Assembly: GCF_032854445.1 (NCBI RefSeq)
Contig: NC_088295.1
Coordinates: forward strand, 32,146,510 to 32,210,509
Origin: Liolophura sinensis
Lineage: Eukaryota
Length of the DNA: 64,000 nucleotides
Direction of reading: 5' to 3'
The notes beneath the pieces were generated by a model. The model saw nothing but the letters and a program-made list of their open reading frames with translations, had not been told where the DNA came from and searched no databases. The position numbers and the translations under genes are program-made. Shown in pieces: positions 45,763 to 61,261 of this stretch; position 1 is the first letter of the stretch; every line of letters begins with the position of its first letter.

Positions 45763-46823
45763 CATATGCTAGCAATAATTAAGCCACGCGGGTCGTGAGA
45801 AAAGTTTATTACTTTCGTTTTGTATATCAGTATATGGTACACATCGCCATAAATCGTCTCAGTCAAACACAAAACCCTTGGCCTATTTCATTTACTTTTC
45901 TACAGAAAAAAGGTCATTGTACCAACATCAGTTTATTGTACATGCAAACTTTTGTTAAACATTGTTTTCGTTTGAAAATAAAACGTATATATTCATGCTT
46001 GCTTTCCTTTCTGTTTTATTTATCTCTGTTCGTTCACTAAAAAAAATACCTTTTGTTTTGTATTGACGTGCAGAAGTCTCAGTAAGGTTCAGTACTAATG
46101 ATATATATTGCCATAGTTTATAATTAATTCCCCATACTGATACTTAAAAAAAAACATGTTAACGGATGGCACCACAGCAGTGTCCCTAAATCTCCGAGGC
46201 TCCGATAATCCCAGTCCTATTTTTCACAAAACTGACCAACAGCTGTTAGGTGATAAACCGACACAGTTAAATGTCAGTGAAACAGCTAGGACTGAATACC
46301 ACTTTTGCCCAGTGTTTGTCCGCCTCCATTTCCTGAAAAACACACAAATTTATACCTAGAACAAACTTTGAAGCCCCTGGTACAAAATGTTACCACTTAA
46401 TATGTAGGGGGAAAATCCAAAAAAGGCAGTGCAAAGTTTTTAAAGTATTTTAAAATAGCATGTAGGCCTAACATGAGCAAGACACAACCATAGTAAGAAT
46501 GTTTCGGGAGGGAGGAGAATACACGACTCTGTCGATAACCGCATCGAAATAAGCATTTTTATATAATTTGATTTATCGGAAGAAATGATAAAGTAATTCC
46601 CCTGTCGACATAATAACTAATCAAACTCTGCGCGAGATGCACTTGAAGTACTTCTGAGGGCCAGCTATCAGCGTTTGTAGAAAATCATTTAGAGTTACCT
46701 CCCCACCCATTGCCCAACAGAGGGTGTGGATAATACAACGACAACATGACGGTCAAATAGGCAACATCCATGTTTCGGAAGATCTTCTGCCTTGCAAGAA
46801 GACACATATCATTGTGTGCGAAC

Positions 46824-47366
46824 ATGACTGATGTACGCGGGCGGTTCTTTGTCAATCAGTTTCCTGATTACGACACAGGCTCAATCGTGACGATTGACGA
46901 GTCCCGATGGAGTGACGCAGTCCGGTCCCTGGCGGATGAGGTTTATGAAAACATGAAGCCCGAACCGGACAACTCGGGCGGTGGACTGTATGTTGGCAAT
47001 GCCGGGCTGGCGTACATGTTCTACTATCTATCAAAAATCAAACATCTGTCAGCTAAGAGGGAGAAATACCTCGAGAAAGCTATGGAGTATTTAGAACAAG
47101 CCATTGCCCACATAAACAGCAAGTCGTGTCGCGATCCCGTTACGTCGTTTATCATTGGCAAGACGGGAGTTTATGCGGTCGGTAGCGTTATATTAAATGA
47201 AATAGGCAGTGATAAGTCTTCCAAAATGGCAGTCCAGTTTGCTCAGGTGGCTAACGTGTGTAAAACTGCCGGAGATTTCCTAGGCTGTGGGTCTGATGAG
47301 TTATTTATCGGTCGTGCCGGGTATCTGTGCGGAGTGCTGTTTCTGCATAAAGCCTTGGGTCGAAAG
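46824..47366 (+). CDS. LANCL: LanC-like protein, copy 1, exon 1 (an in-frame upstream ATG at 46770 is also possible)
   Basis: MTDVRGRFFVNQFPDYDTGS..GLYVGNAGLAYMFYYL..ELFIGRAGYLCGVLFLHKALGRK aligns with the LANCL1/2 N-terminal half (RAFPNPYADY; GYTGWAGIAVLYLHL; EMLYGRIGYIYALLFV). Donor AAG|GTATAT. Confidence 0.8.
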
Positions 47367-48240
47367 GTATATAGGTCAGCCGTGTCTAGCGCCTAGTTTT
47401 TAAGTGAATAGTTCATATCTTTACATTCCGTGGTATTATATTCACATCGCAATGTTCTGTCCCAGTATGAAAGTTAAAATATCAACGGCAGTTATTTGGT
47501 AGCTGTGCAGTCATCCAGCAAGACCTGTAACGTTGAAATCCCAGGTTATTTCCCTGGTTTTGACTCTAAACCAGAAACCACAATGACCTCCAGAACACAA
47601 GGAAGTTATCAATAGTGCATTTTGGAAATGGCTTGAAATTAAAATATGGACGTCTGCGATTAAAAAAAAAACTATTGGGGATGGTGGTATTGTTTCTTAT
47701 TTTTCATTTGATCGAATAACCTCATTTGGCTATGAAAATAATATCGCTACAAGAATTGTGGGTGTTTCTTTTTTATGGACTGAACTAAATATGAATTAAA
47801 AGCTCAAGTACCAGGAAGTGGGCGGCCATATAGTGACAAGAGTTGCATATAAAATGTAACCAACAAATATTTAATACTAAATGCTTGTCATTACATGAAG
47901 GCTTGAAAGATAAATAGATTTATATACTGGCAAAATCTGCCTGGGGTGTCGTGGAATATTTGGCCAACAGCAAATCATGAAGTTATCTTACGGCGGTAAT
48001 GCTATTAAATATAGCCATGAATTGTCACAATAAATGTCAACATTGCTTTTGGCCCTTGCAGTTCCTCGTATTTCTATCTTTTCTTTACGCAAACATTCAA
48101 TAAAAAATATATATAACCGTATACAACATGTATATGAACGTCTATAACAACTTCTAAAAAGACAAAAATCTAGCACTGAACATTACCATCTGTCACATAC
48201 TAATACAGGCGTGGTGAATTTCACCTATTTTTATGCACAG

Positions 48241-48364
48241 GTTGTCGGGGACAAAGACATCCATGGCGTTTGCGCGGCTATTGTCAAGTCCGGGAGAGAT
48301 TATGCCAAGACACACCACTCACCATGTCCTCTTATGTACGCCTACTACAAAGCTGAATGTCTAG
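48241..48364 (+). CDS. LANCL: LanC-like protein, copy 1, exon 2
   Basis: Acceptor ttttatgcacag| and donor G|GTATAA. VVGDKDIHGVCAAIVKSGRDYAKTHHSPCPLMYAYYKAECL matches LANCL ..KSPLMYEWYQEYYV. Confidence 0.8.
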
Positions 48365-49333
48365 GTATAAACACCCTGCAAGGACCATCTCTTTTTCTGT
48401 TTGCATGGACAGGATGTCGCAGGCTATATACATAAGAGTGGTCATTTGATGACGCTTTACTACTACACTTTATATTTGAAATACAAATGATGCATCTCAG
48501 AAAAAATCAAATGGTAGATGTTCATTTATCATTGACTGCTAACTGCACGGTTACATGAAATCCATGTTGATAATGGAAAGGTTTTTAAATTACTGTAGAA
48601 ATATGATCAGATATGTAGGGAACTGTAACAACTACAGGCGAAGTGCAATGTTCAGTCATTCTGCAAAATCGGCCGGGGGGTTATCTGCTCTCCTTTTTGC
48701 TTAGTTTGTCCGAAAAAAAGACTGACTTGATTATTTAGCGACGCAAGATATTGTTGGCCAATAAAAGATTTATATCTAATCAGAAGTTGACAACAGATAC
48801 AGGCAAGTTTACCATGACCATAGTTATTTAGAACAATTTGCAATTGAGGGATAGCATGTCAGAAATCGGAGATAGTTAAGTCTTGGTGCTATATATAAAA
48901 TTCCGTGTTAACTTTCTTAACACGCCAGCACCAGCAAGGCAAAAGTGAACAAGAAATTTAAGCTAGACCATTATGGAATAAATTCCAAAGTTTTCCCTTC
49001 CTTTTGTTCTCTTTTGGTTTAAAAAATATTGCTCCTTTAACGTAGTCGTAAATGTAAATATGTTCATGCGTCCACAAGGTTTCTCAGCTGCATAACATTT
49101 GTTTCGCCCCTGTCTACGAATGGATTTATGGACGATGGATTCAAGCGACAATGCGGATGCTTGATGCATATAATTGTTGAAACTACCTTTTAAGAGAAAT
49201 ATCTGGAGATTGATAAGAGACAAATGTACCCATTATAAACAGCGTTCATGTTAAATATTACTTCAGCAAATTATAAGAATTTTTTAAAAATAGTTAAGTT
49301 AACCAGTTAACAACCGTTTCAATGTTGTACCAG

Positions 49334-49549
49334 GTGCCGCCCACGGCCTGTCCTCCATTCTCCAAATGCTGCTGTCTTTCCCTGACTATCTCCAATCGGA
49401 CCCGGCCACAGAGGCTGATGTCAAGGCATCCGTGGACTTCATGTTGAGTCTAGAACAGCCGAACTTTAACTATGCCCTTGCCATGGACGAGGTTGGCGCC
49501 CCGAGGAGTGAGGCTGATCAGCTGGTACATTGGTGTCACGGGGCTCCCG
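49334..49549 (+). CDS. LANCL: LanC-like protein, copy 1, exon 3
   Basis: Acceptor tgttgtaccag| and donor G|GTATGT. (G)AAHGLSSILQMLLSFPDYLQ..NFNYALAMDEVGAPRSEADQLVHWCHGAP matches LANCL GAAHGLAGI..LLVHWCHGAPG. Confidence 0.85.
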
Positions 49550-50398
49550 GTATGTCCTGCCTAGTAAACAAAAATAATCGCCTATACTTGTTATATTTGA
49601 AAGATGAAAACAAGGTTAAAAACAAAGAGTATAAAACATTTTCATATTATCACCTAAAATGTATACGAGCGGTTTGTTGATAATGAATTTGAGGACGTTA
49701 GTACCAGTTTAGAGCTAACGCTTTAATGGAAACGTTTAAAACAGGGATCGATCAGATGGTGGTTGTTATAGAATTAGTTAAAGTATAACGTTGCAAACAG
49801 GATACTATGTTCCTTTAGCAATAAAGCTATTTTTCTTTCACCAAGCTCCCTAAGTTAACCGAGACCAAACGCAAACGTAAGATACCGGTAATGGTGACTG
49901 TACAGTCCATGGTTTAGGAAACCCGAAAAGCGGCTGTCTCTGGACAGGTGTGAAGTCATCTGGGAATAGCATTTCTTTGTAATGGGATATATTACTCTCG
50001 GACTTCATCTGTAAGTATAGTCATGGTGAAGATAGGCTTCAATATGATGAACCGTATTGAAAAAAAAATAGTAGGGTAATAGTAACTGGTTCGTGGTGGA
50101 CTGACAGACACGAGTTTGAGGCTTTCCAATTATCAAGTATTAAAATCGCGACATCATTGTTAACTGTAGCGACGGGTCAAATTAGACCACTTAACCAGCA
50201 CGCATATAACTGATAAATTGATTGAGTGGTGATTAGCGCTGTGCTCAAGAATTTTTCACTTGCATCACGGCGGTGGCGTTTATCAGGACATGTGATTCCT
50301 TTATAGAAGTAAGTGGTCGCAATGGCTGTTCCTGGAAACAAGACGCGTGGTTAGATTAGTATTACGCTGTGTAGAATGTCGTGCTTGTTCGAAAATGG

Positions 50399-50399
50399 G

Positions 50400-50460
<61 letters not shown>

Positions 50461-50470
50461 TATATATATG
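50399..50470. repeat. (AT)n microsatellite, interrupted
   Basis: Directly visible. Shorter in copy 2 (57776-57817). Confidence 0.95.
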
Positions 50471-50756
50471 TATGTATATGGCAGTAATTAAGTAATTAAA
50501 TGAGAAATATTAGTCATGGAATGTATGTGGGACACGAATCGTAACAACTAACCGAAGTGTGTCTCCTAAGCAAAATATACACAGACAAATGGTTACAACA
50601 GTTATAATTGGAAAACGAATGGCTAGATGCTAAGTTATTTTCGTACTAAAATTTAGCATACCATATCGTTCAAGGAACAATTTTGGGTTTGCAAGCAATA
50701 GCTAAAATGTCTTCACTTATAAATCCATTTACCCCTAATTGTGTTTGTTCCGCTAG

Positions 50757-51121
<365 letters not shown>

Positions 51122-52374
51122 AGAGTTGCCACCGGCCTGCGGATGTCACGCAAAGCAGTCGGAGTATGGACATGTGATCCAACCATCACGAAGTTGGCAG
51201 CACAAGCATCATGGATTAATAATGAAATGAGGACTGAACATGGCATGTAAATAGTTATATGGCATATTCAGTCATGATTTTATTTTCAATCCAGTGACCG
51301 TTGCTTGTGGTTGGATGTCGTTGGTATGATATCCTCGTTTGTCTCGGCTTAGGAAAGAGCTTTACCACTGTTTTGCAAGACGGACTTCATAAATCTTTTT
51401 GCCATCTTTAACATTCCGTTTTAGCCATTGCTTTGTTTTATTGTTGAGATGAAAGTTTAGTGCTTTGATTTACAAATACATTGATCATTTATACGTTACA
51501 GATAATTTATATTGCATTTTCCCACATATTATTTATGTGTTTACAAACCAACTCAAATTTGCATTAAATTTACTTTTTTATCTTTTTGTCCCATGTTGTT
51601 TCAGTTTGCAAAGAAGTTTTTTAAATGGGTTAGAGGCAAATTAGACCGAGCCATATTGGCTATAGCAACGTTTGTTATCCATATGAAATGTGTTCTGTAT
51701 CAAATTAGCGATAACAGTTTGATTTTATACCATGTATGTAGCCCTGCAGGGTGTAGTGTAATAAAGCACGTGTTAGTACATGTACCTGTACTCCGAATCA
51801 CGGCACACAGAATAAAGCATAGTTGTCATCCGTAAAGACTTATGTTAACTTCTTGCGCAATCGTTAACATATGTTGTATTAAAAATGAAAGCTTTTTTGG
51901 GTGCAAAGGAATCTATTGTGTGGATACGAATGTATGTGTAAAACCATGCAGTGAAATAGAATTAGAAGTCAACCAAGATAATATATATTATTGCATAAAT
52001 AGTACATACCTTTGTAGGGCTGTTCGTTTTGTGCTCACGTAAAGTACTTTGACAATGACATAGTGAGGGAGTGGTGCACAAGCCACCAATAATTTCATTG
52101 GGCGTCGTAATTTTGAGTTACTAGGAATGAATTCTGATGCACTTTTGTAATAAAAGACAATAGGGGTTTCGATATACCTGATGCATGATTGTCTTTCAAC
52201 CTCTTGGACACAAGGGTCTTGGTGCAATCCAAGCGTGGGAAATGCGGGGAATCCCCGGGATTCCTTAGCCTCCACTGCTGTCAGAGCCTTGGTGACACTA
52301 AGGCTATAACCTCGGATGATAACCAAAATGTGAAGAGTTCGCATGCATGCATGCATTGGACCATCTATTTGATA

Positions 52375-52400
52375 TATATATATATATTGGACCGTCTATT

Positions 52401-52455
<55 letters not shown>
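52375..52455. repeat. (AT)n microsatellite
   Basis: Directly visible. Track ORF 52189..52626 runs through it. Confidence 0.95.
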
Positions 52456-52458
<3 letters not shown>

Positions 52459-52811
52459 GGTCTCATTGTTAGCTTTATTTGCTTTGCATTTATTTATACA
52501 TGTACATGCAATATATTGCAAAACGATGACACAGTGTTATCTAGTCAAATTCAAATATGCACAGTGTTTGTAAATAATTCTGACCACCGCAATGTCTATG
52601 TACGACCTACTTCTTTCTCTCACTGACAATATCACCATGTCAAAGTGTTTGACTTGCTGGATGTTGTTTGAAATGTCAATAATAATTGCTTTATGTACAT
52701 AGATTGTAACATGTCGTACAATTAAGGTAATCGACTTTCACATCAAGGAGAGTAAATATGATAATGATGGTACTTTAGAAAGACACTCTACAGACACTCA
52801 CACTTTACAGT

Positions 52812-53066
52812 GGGGCCTCCGTGGCTCAATCGGTTAGCGCGCATTGGTCTCTCACCAATGCGGTCGCTGTGAGTTCAAGTCCAGCTCATGCTGGCTTCCT
52901 CTCCGGCCGTACGTGGGAAGGTATTCCAGCAACCTGCAGATGGTCGTGGGTTTCTCCCGGGCTCTGCCCGGTTTCCTCCCACCATAATGCTGGCCGCCGT
53001 CGTATAAGTGAAATATTCTTGAGTTCGGCGTAAAACACCAATCAAATCAAATCAAATCAAATCAAA
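52812..53066 (+). mobile_element. SINE family 1 copy with an internal deletion in the tRNA-like head and an (ATCAA)n tail; paralogous to 45485-45762 in the duplication
   Basis: ggggcctccgtggctcaatcggttagcgcgc[deletion]attggtctctcaccaatgcggtcgctgtgagttcaagtccagctcatgctggcttcctctccggccgtacgtgggaagg... Confidence 0.85.
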
Positions 53067-54200
53067 CACACTTTACAGTATGTTTAACCGTTCACAGCTT
53101 TAGGATGCACTGTGTACTTGGCGATGCATGGATTTATAACATTATGTACATATGCTAGCAATAATTAAGCCACGCGGGTCGTGAGAAAAGTTTATTACTT
53201 TCGTTTTGTATATCAGTATATGGTACACATCGCCATTAATCGTCTCAGTCAAACACAAAACCCTTGGCCTATTTCATTTACTTTTCTACAGAAAAAAAAC
53301 CCATTGTACCAACATCACTTTATTGTACATGCAAACTTTTGTTAAACATTGTTTTTGTTTGAAAATAAAACGTATATATTCATGCTTGCTTTCCTTTCTG
53401 TTTTATTTATCTCTGTTCGTTCACTAAAAAAAATACCTTTTGTTTTGTGTTGACGTGCAGAAGTCTCAGTAAGGTTCAATACTAATGATATATATTGCCA
53501 TAGTTTATAATTAATTCCCCATACGGATACTTACATGTTAACGTTTGGCACCACAGCAGTGTCCCTAAGTCTCCGAGGCTCCGATAATCCCAGTCCTATT
53601 TTTCACAAAACTGACCAACAGCTGTTAGGTGATAAACCGACACAGTTAAATGTCAGTGAAACAGCTAGGACTGAACACCACTTTTGCCCAGTGTTTGTCC
53701 GCCTCCATTTCCTGAAAAACACAAAAATTTATACCTAGAACAAACTTTGAAGCCCCTGGTACAAAATGTTACCACTTAATATGTAGGAAAAAAATGGCAG
53801 TGCAAAGTTGCAATAGAAAATATATTTTAAAATAGCATGTAGGCTTAACATGTGTAAGACACAACCATTGTAAGAATGTTTCGGGAGGGAGGAGAATACA
53901 CGACTCTGTCGATAACCGCATCGAAATAAACATTTTTATATAATTTGATTTATCGGAAAAGGTGATAAAGTGATTCTCTTGTCGACATAATAACTAATCA
54001 AACTCTGCGCGAGATGCACTTGAAGTACTTCTGAGGGCCAGCTATCAGCGTTTGTAGAAAATCATTTAGAGTTACCTCCCCACCTATCGCCCAACAGAGG
54101 GCGTGGATAATACAACGACAACATGACGGTCAAATAGGCAACATCTATGTTTCGGAAGATCTTCTGCCTTGCAAGAAGGCACATATCATTGTGTGCGAAC

Positions 54201-54743
54201 ATGACTGGTGTACGCGGGCGGTTCTTTGTCAATCAGTTTCCTGATTACGTCACAGGCTCAATCGTGACGATTGACGAGTCCCGATGGAGTGACGCAGTCC
54301 GGTCCCTGGCGGATGAGGTTTATGAAAACATGAAGCCCGAACCGGATAACTCGGACGGTGGACTGTATGTTGGCAATGCCGGGCTGGCGTACATGTTCTA
54401 CTATCTATCAAAAATCAAACATCTGTCAGCTAAGAGGGAGAAATACCTCGAGAAAGCTATGGAGTATTTAGAACAAGCCATTGCCCACATAAACAGCAAG
54501 TCGTGTCGCGATCCCGTTACGTCGTTTATCATTGGCAAGGCGGGAGTTTATGCGGTCGGTAGCGTTATATTAAATGAAATAGGCAGTGATAAGTCTTCCA
54601 AAATGGCAGTCCAGTTTGCTCAGGTGGCTAACGTGTGTAAAACTGTCGGAGATTTCCTAGGCTGTGGGTCTGATGAGTTATTTATCGGTCGTGCCGGGTA
54701 TCTGTGCGGAGTGCTGTTTCTGCATAAAGCCTTGGGTCGAAAG
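54201..54743 (+). CDS. LANCL: LanC-like protein, copy 2, exon 1 (an in-frame upstream ATG at 54147 is also possible)
   Basis: As copy 1; about 98% identical. MTGVRGRFFVNQFPDYVTGS....LGRK. Donor AAG|GTATAT. Confidence 0.85.
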
Positions 54744-55625
54744 GTATATAGGTCTGCCGTGTCTAGCGCCTAGTTTTTAAGTGAATAGTTCATATCTTTA
54801 CATTCCGTGGTATTATATTCACATCGCAATGTTCTGTCCCAGTATGAAAGTTAAAATATCAACGGCAGTTATTTGGTAGCTGTGCAGTCATCCAGCAAGA
54901 CCTGTAACGTTGAAGTCCCAGGTTATTTCCCTGGTTTTGACTCTAAACCAGAAACCACAATGACCTCCAGAACACAAGGAAGTTATCAACAGTGCATTTT
55001 GGAAATATCTTGAAATTAAAATATGGACGTCTGCGATTAAAAAAAAAGTAACGGGGATGGTGGTATTGTTTCTTATTTTTCATTTGATCGAATAACCTCA
55101 TTTGGCTATGAAAATAATATCGCTACAAGATTTGTGGGTGTTTCATTTCTGTGGACTGAACTAAATATGAATTAAAAGCTCAAGTACCAGGAAGTGGGCG
55201 GTAATATAGTGACAAGAGTTGTATATAAAATGTAACCAACAAATATTTAATACTAAATGCTTGTCATTACATGAAGGCTTGAAAGATAAATAGATTTATA
55301 TACTGGCAAAATCTGCCTGGGGTGTCATTGAGTATTTGGCCAACAGCAAATCATGAAGTTATCTTACGGCGGTAATGCTGTTAAATATAGCCATGAATTG
55401 TCACAATAAATGTCACAACATTGCTTGTGGCCCTTGCAGTTCCTCGTATTTCTATTCTTTTCTTTACGCAAACATTCAATAAAAAATATATATATATATA
55501 ACCGTATACAACATGTATATGAACGTCTGTAACAACTTCTAAAAAGACAAAAATCTAGCACTGAAAATTACCATATGTGACATACTAATACAGGCGTGGT
55601 GAATTTCACCTATTTTTATGCACAG

Positions 55626-55749
55626 GTTGTCGAGGACAAAGATATCCATGGCGTTTGCGCGGCTATTGTCAAGTCCGGGAGAGATTATGCCAAGAGACAC
55701 CACTCACCATGTCCTCTTATGTACGCCTACTACAAAACCGAATATCTAG
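55626..55749 (+). CDS. LANCL: LanC-like protein, copy 2, exon 2
   Basis: Acceptor ttttatgcacag| and donor G|GTATAA. Reads VVEDKDIHGVCAAIVKSGRDYAKRHHSPCPLMYAYYKTEYL. Confidence 0.85.
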
Positions 55750-56712
55750 GTATAAACACCCTGCAAGGATCATCTCTTTTCTGTTTGCATGGACAGGATG
55801 TCGCAGGCTATATACATAAGAGTGGTCATTTGATGACGCTTTACTACTACACTTTATATTTGAAATACGAATGATGCATCTCAGAAAAAATCAAATGGTA
55901 GATGTTCATTTATCATTGACTGCTAACTGCATGGTCACATGAAATCCATGTTGATAATGGAAAGGTTTTTAAATTACTGTAGAAATATGATCAGATATGT
56001 AGGGAACTGTAACAACTACAGGCGAAGTGCAATGTTCTGTCATTCTACAAAATCGGCCGGGGAGTTATACGCGCTCTTTTTTTTCTCAGATGTCAGGGAA
56101 AAAATAACTCTGACTTGATTATTTAGCGACGCAAGATATTGTTGGCCAATGAAAGATGTATATCTAATCAGAAGTTGACAACAGATACAGGCAAGCTTAC
56201 CATGACTATGGCCATAAAAACAATTCTCTTTGCCATTGAGGGATAGCATGTCAGAATCGGAGATAGTTAAGTCTTGGTGCTATACATAAAATTCCGTGTT
56301 AACTTTCTTTAGACCAGCAAGGCAAAAGTGAACAAGAAATTTAAGCTAGACCATTATGGAATAAATTCCAAAGTTTTCCCTTCCTTTTGTTCTCTTTTGG
56401 TTTAAAATATTGCTCCTTTAACGTAGTCGTAAATGTAAATATGTTCATGCGTCCACAAGGTTTCTCAGCTGCATAACATTTGTTCGCCCTGTCTACCGAA
56501 TGGATTTATGGACGATGGATTCAAGCGACAATGCGGATGCTTGATGCATATAATTGTTGAAACTACCTTTTAAGAGAAATATCTGGAGATTGATAAGAGA
56601 CAAATGTACCCATTATAAACAGCGTTCATGTTAAATATTTCTTCAGCAAATTATAAGAATTTTTTAAAAATAGTTAAGTTAACCAATAACAACCGTTTCA
56701 ATGTTATACCAG

Positions 56713-56928
56713 GTGCCGCCCACGGCCTGTCCTCCATTCTCCAAATGCTGCTGTCTTTCCCTGACTATCTCCAATCGGACCCGGCCGCAGAGGCTGATGT
56801 CAAGGCATCCGTGGACTTCATGTTGAGTCTAGAACAGCCGAACTTTAACTATGCCCCTGCCATGGACGAGGTTGGCGCCCCGAGGAGTGAGGCTGATCAG
56901 CTGGTACATTGGTGTCACGGAGCTCCCG
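56713..56928 (+). CDS. LANCL: LanC-like protein, copy 2, exon 3
   Basis: Acceptor gttataccag| and donor G|GTATGT. Reads (G)AAHGLSSILQMLLSFPDYLQSDPAAEADVKASVDFMLSLEQPNFNYAPAMDEVGAPRSEADQLVHWCHGAP. Confidence 0.9.
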
Positions 56929-57774
56929 GTATGTCCTGCCTAGTAAACAAAAATAATCGCCTATACTTGTTATATTTTGAAGATGAAAACAAGGTTAAAA
57001 ACAAAGAGTATAAAACATTTTCATATTATCACCTAAAATGTATACGAGCGGTTTGTTGATAATGAATTTGAGACGTTAGTGCCAGTTTAGAGCTAACGCT
57101 TTAATGGAAATGTTTAAAACAGGGATCGATCAGATAGTGGTTGTTATAGAATTAGTTAAAATATAACGTTGCAAACAGGATACTATGTTTCTTTAGCAAT
57201 AAAGCTATTTTCTTTTCACCAAGCTCCCCTAAGTTAACCGAGCCCAAACGCAAACGTAAGATACCGGTAATGGTGACTGTACAGTCCATGGTTTAGGAAA
57301 CCCGAAAGCGGCTGTCTCTGGACAGGTGTGAAGTCATCTGGGAATAGCATTTCTTTGTAATGGGATATATTACTCTCGGACTTCATATGTAAGTATAGTC
57401 ATGGTGAAGATAGGCTTCAATATGATGAACCATTTTGAAAAAAACCGTAGGGTAATAGTAACTGGTTCGTGGTGGACTGACAGACACGAGTTTGAGGCTT
57501 TCCAATTATCAAGTATTAAAAATCGCGACATCATTGTTAACTGCAGCGGACGGGTCAAATTAGACCACTTAACCAGCACGCATATAACTGATAAATTGAT
57601 TGAGTGGTGATTAACGCTGTGCTCAAGAATTTTTCACTTACATCACGGCGGTGGCTTTATCAGGACATGTGATTCCTTTATAGAAGTAAGTGGTCGCAAT
57701 GGCTGTCCCTGGAAACAAGACGCATGGTTAGATTAGTATTACGCTGTGTAGAATGTCGTGCTTGTTCGAAAATG

Positions 57775-57775
<1 letters not shown>

Positions 57776-57817
<42 letters not shown>
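57776..57817. repeat. (AT)n microsatellite
   Basis: Directly visible. Confidence 0.95.
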
Positions 57818-57820
<3 letters not shown>

Positions 57821-57995
57821 GCAGTAATTAAATGAGAAATATTTGTCAAACCATTTGACAAATGCTTACAACAATTATAACTGGAAAACGAATGGCTAAA
57901 TGCTAAATGATTTTCGTACTAAAATTTAGGATACTATATCGTTTAAGGAACAGTTTTGGGTTTGCAGGCAACAGCTAAAATGTCTTCACTTATAA

Positions 57996-58394
<399 letters not shown>

Positions 58395-59065
58395 AGAGTT
58401 GCCACCGGCCTGCGGATGTCACGCAAAGCAGTCGGAATATGGACATGTGATCCAACCATCACGAAGTTGGTAGCACAAGCATCATGGATTAATAATGAAA
58501 TGAGGACTGAACATGCCATGTAAATAGTTATATGGCATATTCAGTCATAATTTTATTATCAACAATGAATAGTTGTCATCCGTGAAGACTTATGTTAACT
58601 TCTTGCGCAATCATTAACATATGTTGTATTAAAAATGATTGTATTAAAAATTATAAATTTTGGGTGCAAAGGAATCTATTGTTTGGATACTTGCGAATGT
58701 ATGTAAAATCATGCAGTGGAATGGAATTAGAAGTCAACCAAGATAATATATATTATTGCATAAAGTACTCTGACAGTGACATAGTGAGGGAGTGGGTATG
58801 TATACGACTGGTGTAAGAAGCAGGTGGCAACGCAAAACCCCCACAAGCATATTAGTAAACAAAACCGAATGTATTTGAAAGTATAAAATACGAACAGCAG
58901 TTTATGACTGCTCTCCTATGACTGCTGTCTGTGACTTTATATTTCGATCAAGTCGTCGTGTGACCTCGTACATGAACACTGATATCTTTTAATTCAGTGG
59001 CCTCATTCCCTCCCACTTCGCAGGGCATAAAGTACGGTCAATTATAACAGTTGATGATAAAAACA

Positions 59066-59334
59066 TTTATTTTATTTATTTGATTGGTGTTTTACGCCGT
59101 ACTCAAGAATATTTCACTTATACGACGGCGGCCAGCATTATGGTGGGTGGAAGCCGGGCACAGCCCGGGGGAAACCCACGACCATCCGCTGGTTGCTGGC
59201 AGACCATCCCATTTGCGGCCGGAGAGGAAGCCAGCATGAGCTGGACATGAACTCACAGCGACCGCATTGGTCAGAGGCTCCTGGGTCATTGCGCTGCGCT
59301 AGCGCACTAACCGACTGAGCCACGGAGACCCCCC
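59066..59334 (-). mobile_element. SINE family 1 copy, near full length
   Basis: Reverse complement shows the tRNA-like head (ggggtctccgtggctcagtcggttagtgcgctagcgcagcgcaatgacccaggagcc..) plus the core and tail. Track ORFs 59092..59289(-) and 59138..59425(-) are SINE-derived. Confidence 0.9.
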
Positions 59335-61261
59335 CACCCCCCGGTGATAAAAACATGTGACATGTAGTCCATTGTTGCATATGTATATACCCGTGTAAAG
59401 CTGGTATTATTACCTTGTTATACAAATACCATATTATGGAGTTCCGTCCCGGAACATCTATACACAGAAATCTTTATCTGTCGGTAGATTGGCTTTGGCA
59501 CGTGTTTATAACTATTCGATCTGGAAAAACACTACGTGAAAAGCCAGTGTTTCTAGGAGTTTGGTATTCTATCATTTATATATTCTCACCTTAATAACCT
59601 CTCTCCTACGCAATACGAATTATAGAATCGCCATACATCTGAGGAGTACTCCTATAGTGCTTTGTAGGCCGTGTAAAAGAATGGTGTTGGCTATGTGCCA
59701 TGGGATTCTGTACACATCTAACACTCCCAGGTGTAGCTCAGACAACAATGACGTACATGTATATATACGAGTCATGTATAACAACAGGTGCGGAGATGTC
59801 TTATTTGTCGATCGCGTTCCATTGGTTCTGAACCCTGTTTAGCCCAAATACGACAAAAACAGAATAATTCTCTCTCTCTATATATATATACAAGCGAAGG
59901 GTTAATTTGTGCCATTGTCTGTTGCCAGAATTGGAATATAGTTATGCAAGTATATACATGTATACAAACGCATGCAGATTTCTCTATGCCCGCATGAGGC
60001 TGCTGTATCGGGTGCTCTTTTCGCCAGGAAACAAGCAGGATAAAATTCAGTATCAAATTCGCAAATCGGCAACGGAGTTATTCATAATATCCTTGAACGT
60101 GCAATAACGTTTCTGGTATAGCTGTGAGAAATCCGTCAGAATCAATAAGAGGAACTCGCCCGGCGGCAATTTGATCCATTAACAGGAGTAAGAAGCCATC
60201 AACGTTCATCTCAGCCCTGGTCCATCATCTAAACCGAATTTGTATTAAAGCAATGGTTCCTTAATTAAAACTCGTCGGCGACCCTTTAATCGGCATATAC
60301 AGGCAGTGCCATCCACTGAGCGTCAATGCTGTTACAACTGTATTGTGGAGGCTATACATAGGGCTGACGGTGCCTATGTGGAGAGTTCAATCGGTCAGGC
60401 CCTCAGCGATGAATTTAACGGAAATCTCAAGCTGCTGTCACTGATTTACACTAGCTTTTGTGTGTGCATGGCCATAAGAGGATTGACTGACCACTGACAG
60501 CCGTCATGTTGATCTCCACGCGATTGTATCCATGCCATTTAGGTACTATTGACTGAAAAGGCTGCTTGCAACCGGAAAGCTATACGTGCAGTTCCAAGAA
60601 GCATGTTTATTCATACAAGAAAGTCAGGGTCCAGGTTTCGCATATAGGCTCTGGAAGAGCTGCCCTTTTAGATAACTGGAGACACGTTTAGAGCCATTCC
60701 TATAAGTTAGATCTTGGCATTTTTAATTCCTCCATTTGTGTGACACTGCATTGTGTACACTCAAAAAATAATCTGCTAATTTTAACAGAATATCTCTTGT
60801 TTGTGTGATACTAGAATTTATTCCGTTATTTTAATACAACATCGTGTCATATTCAACATAATACCCTATTGGTTTAATAGAATCTTTCTGCTGAGTAAAT
60901 AGAATATGTATGTTTTAATTAACAGAAAAATCTGCTGCGATCACAGAATTCATTCTATCATCACTCATCAGACCAAAGATTTTCTGATAAATTTAACACA
61001 TTATTTTTTGAGTGTATATGGGATTGGCAGACAAATTTTGGACGAATATGGTTTGAGAATTCATTAGATAAATCTAACCCTTGACATCAAAAAAGGCGCT
61101 TTTCTTTCCCATATTAGTCCATTCCAAAATGGAGCATCATGATGTAAAAAGATTTGAGAGGCTTCAAAAAGTGTGCCTTGAATTATGGTTTTTTACCTCT
61201 GAACTTTACGCCTGAAAACGTGAACACAATAGCGAGGTAGATAATAATAATTGGGCCTCTT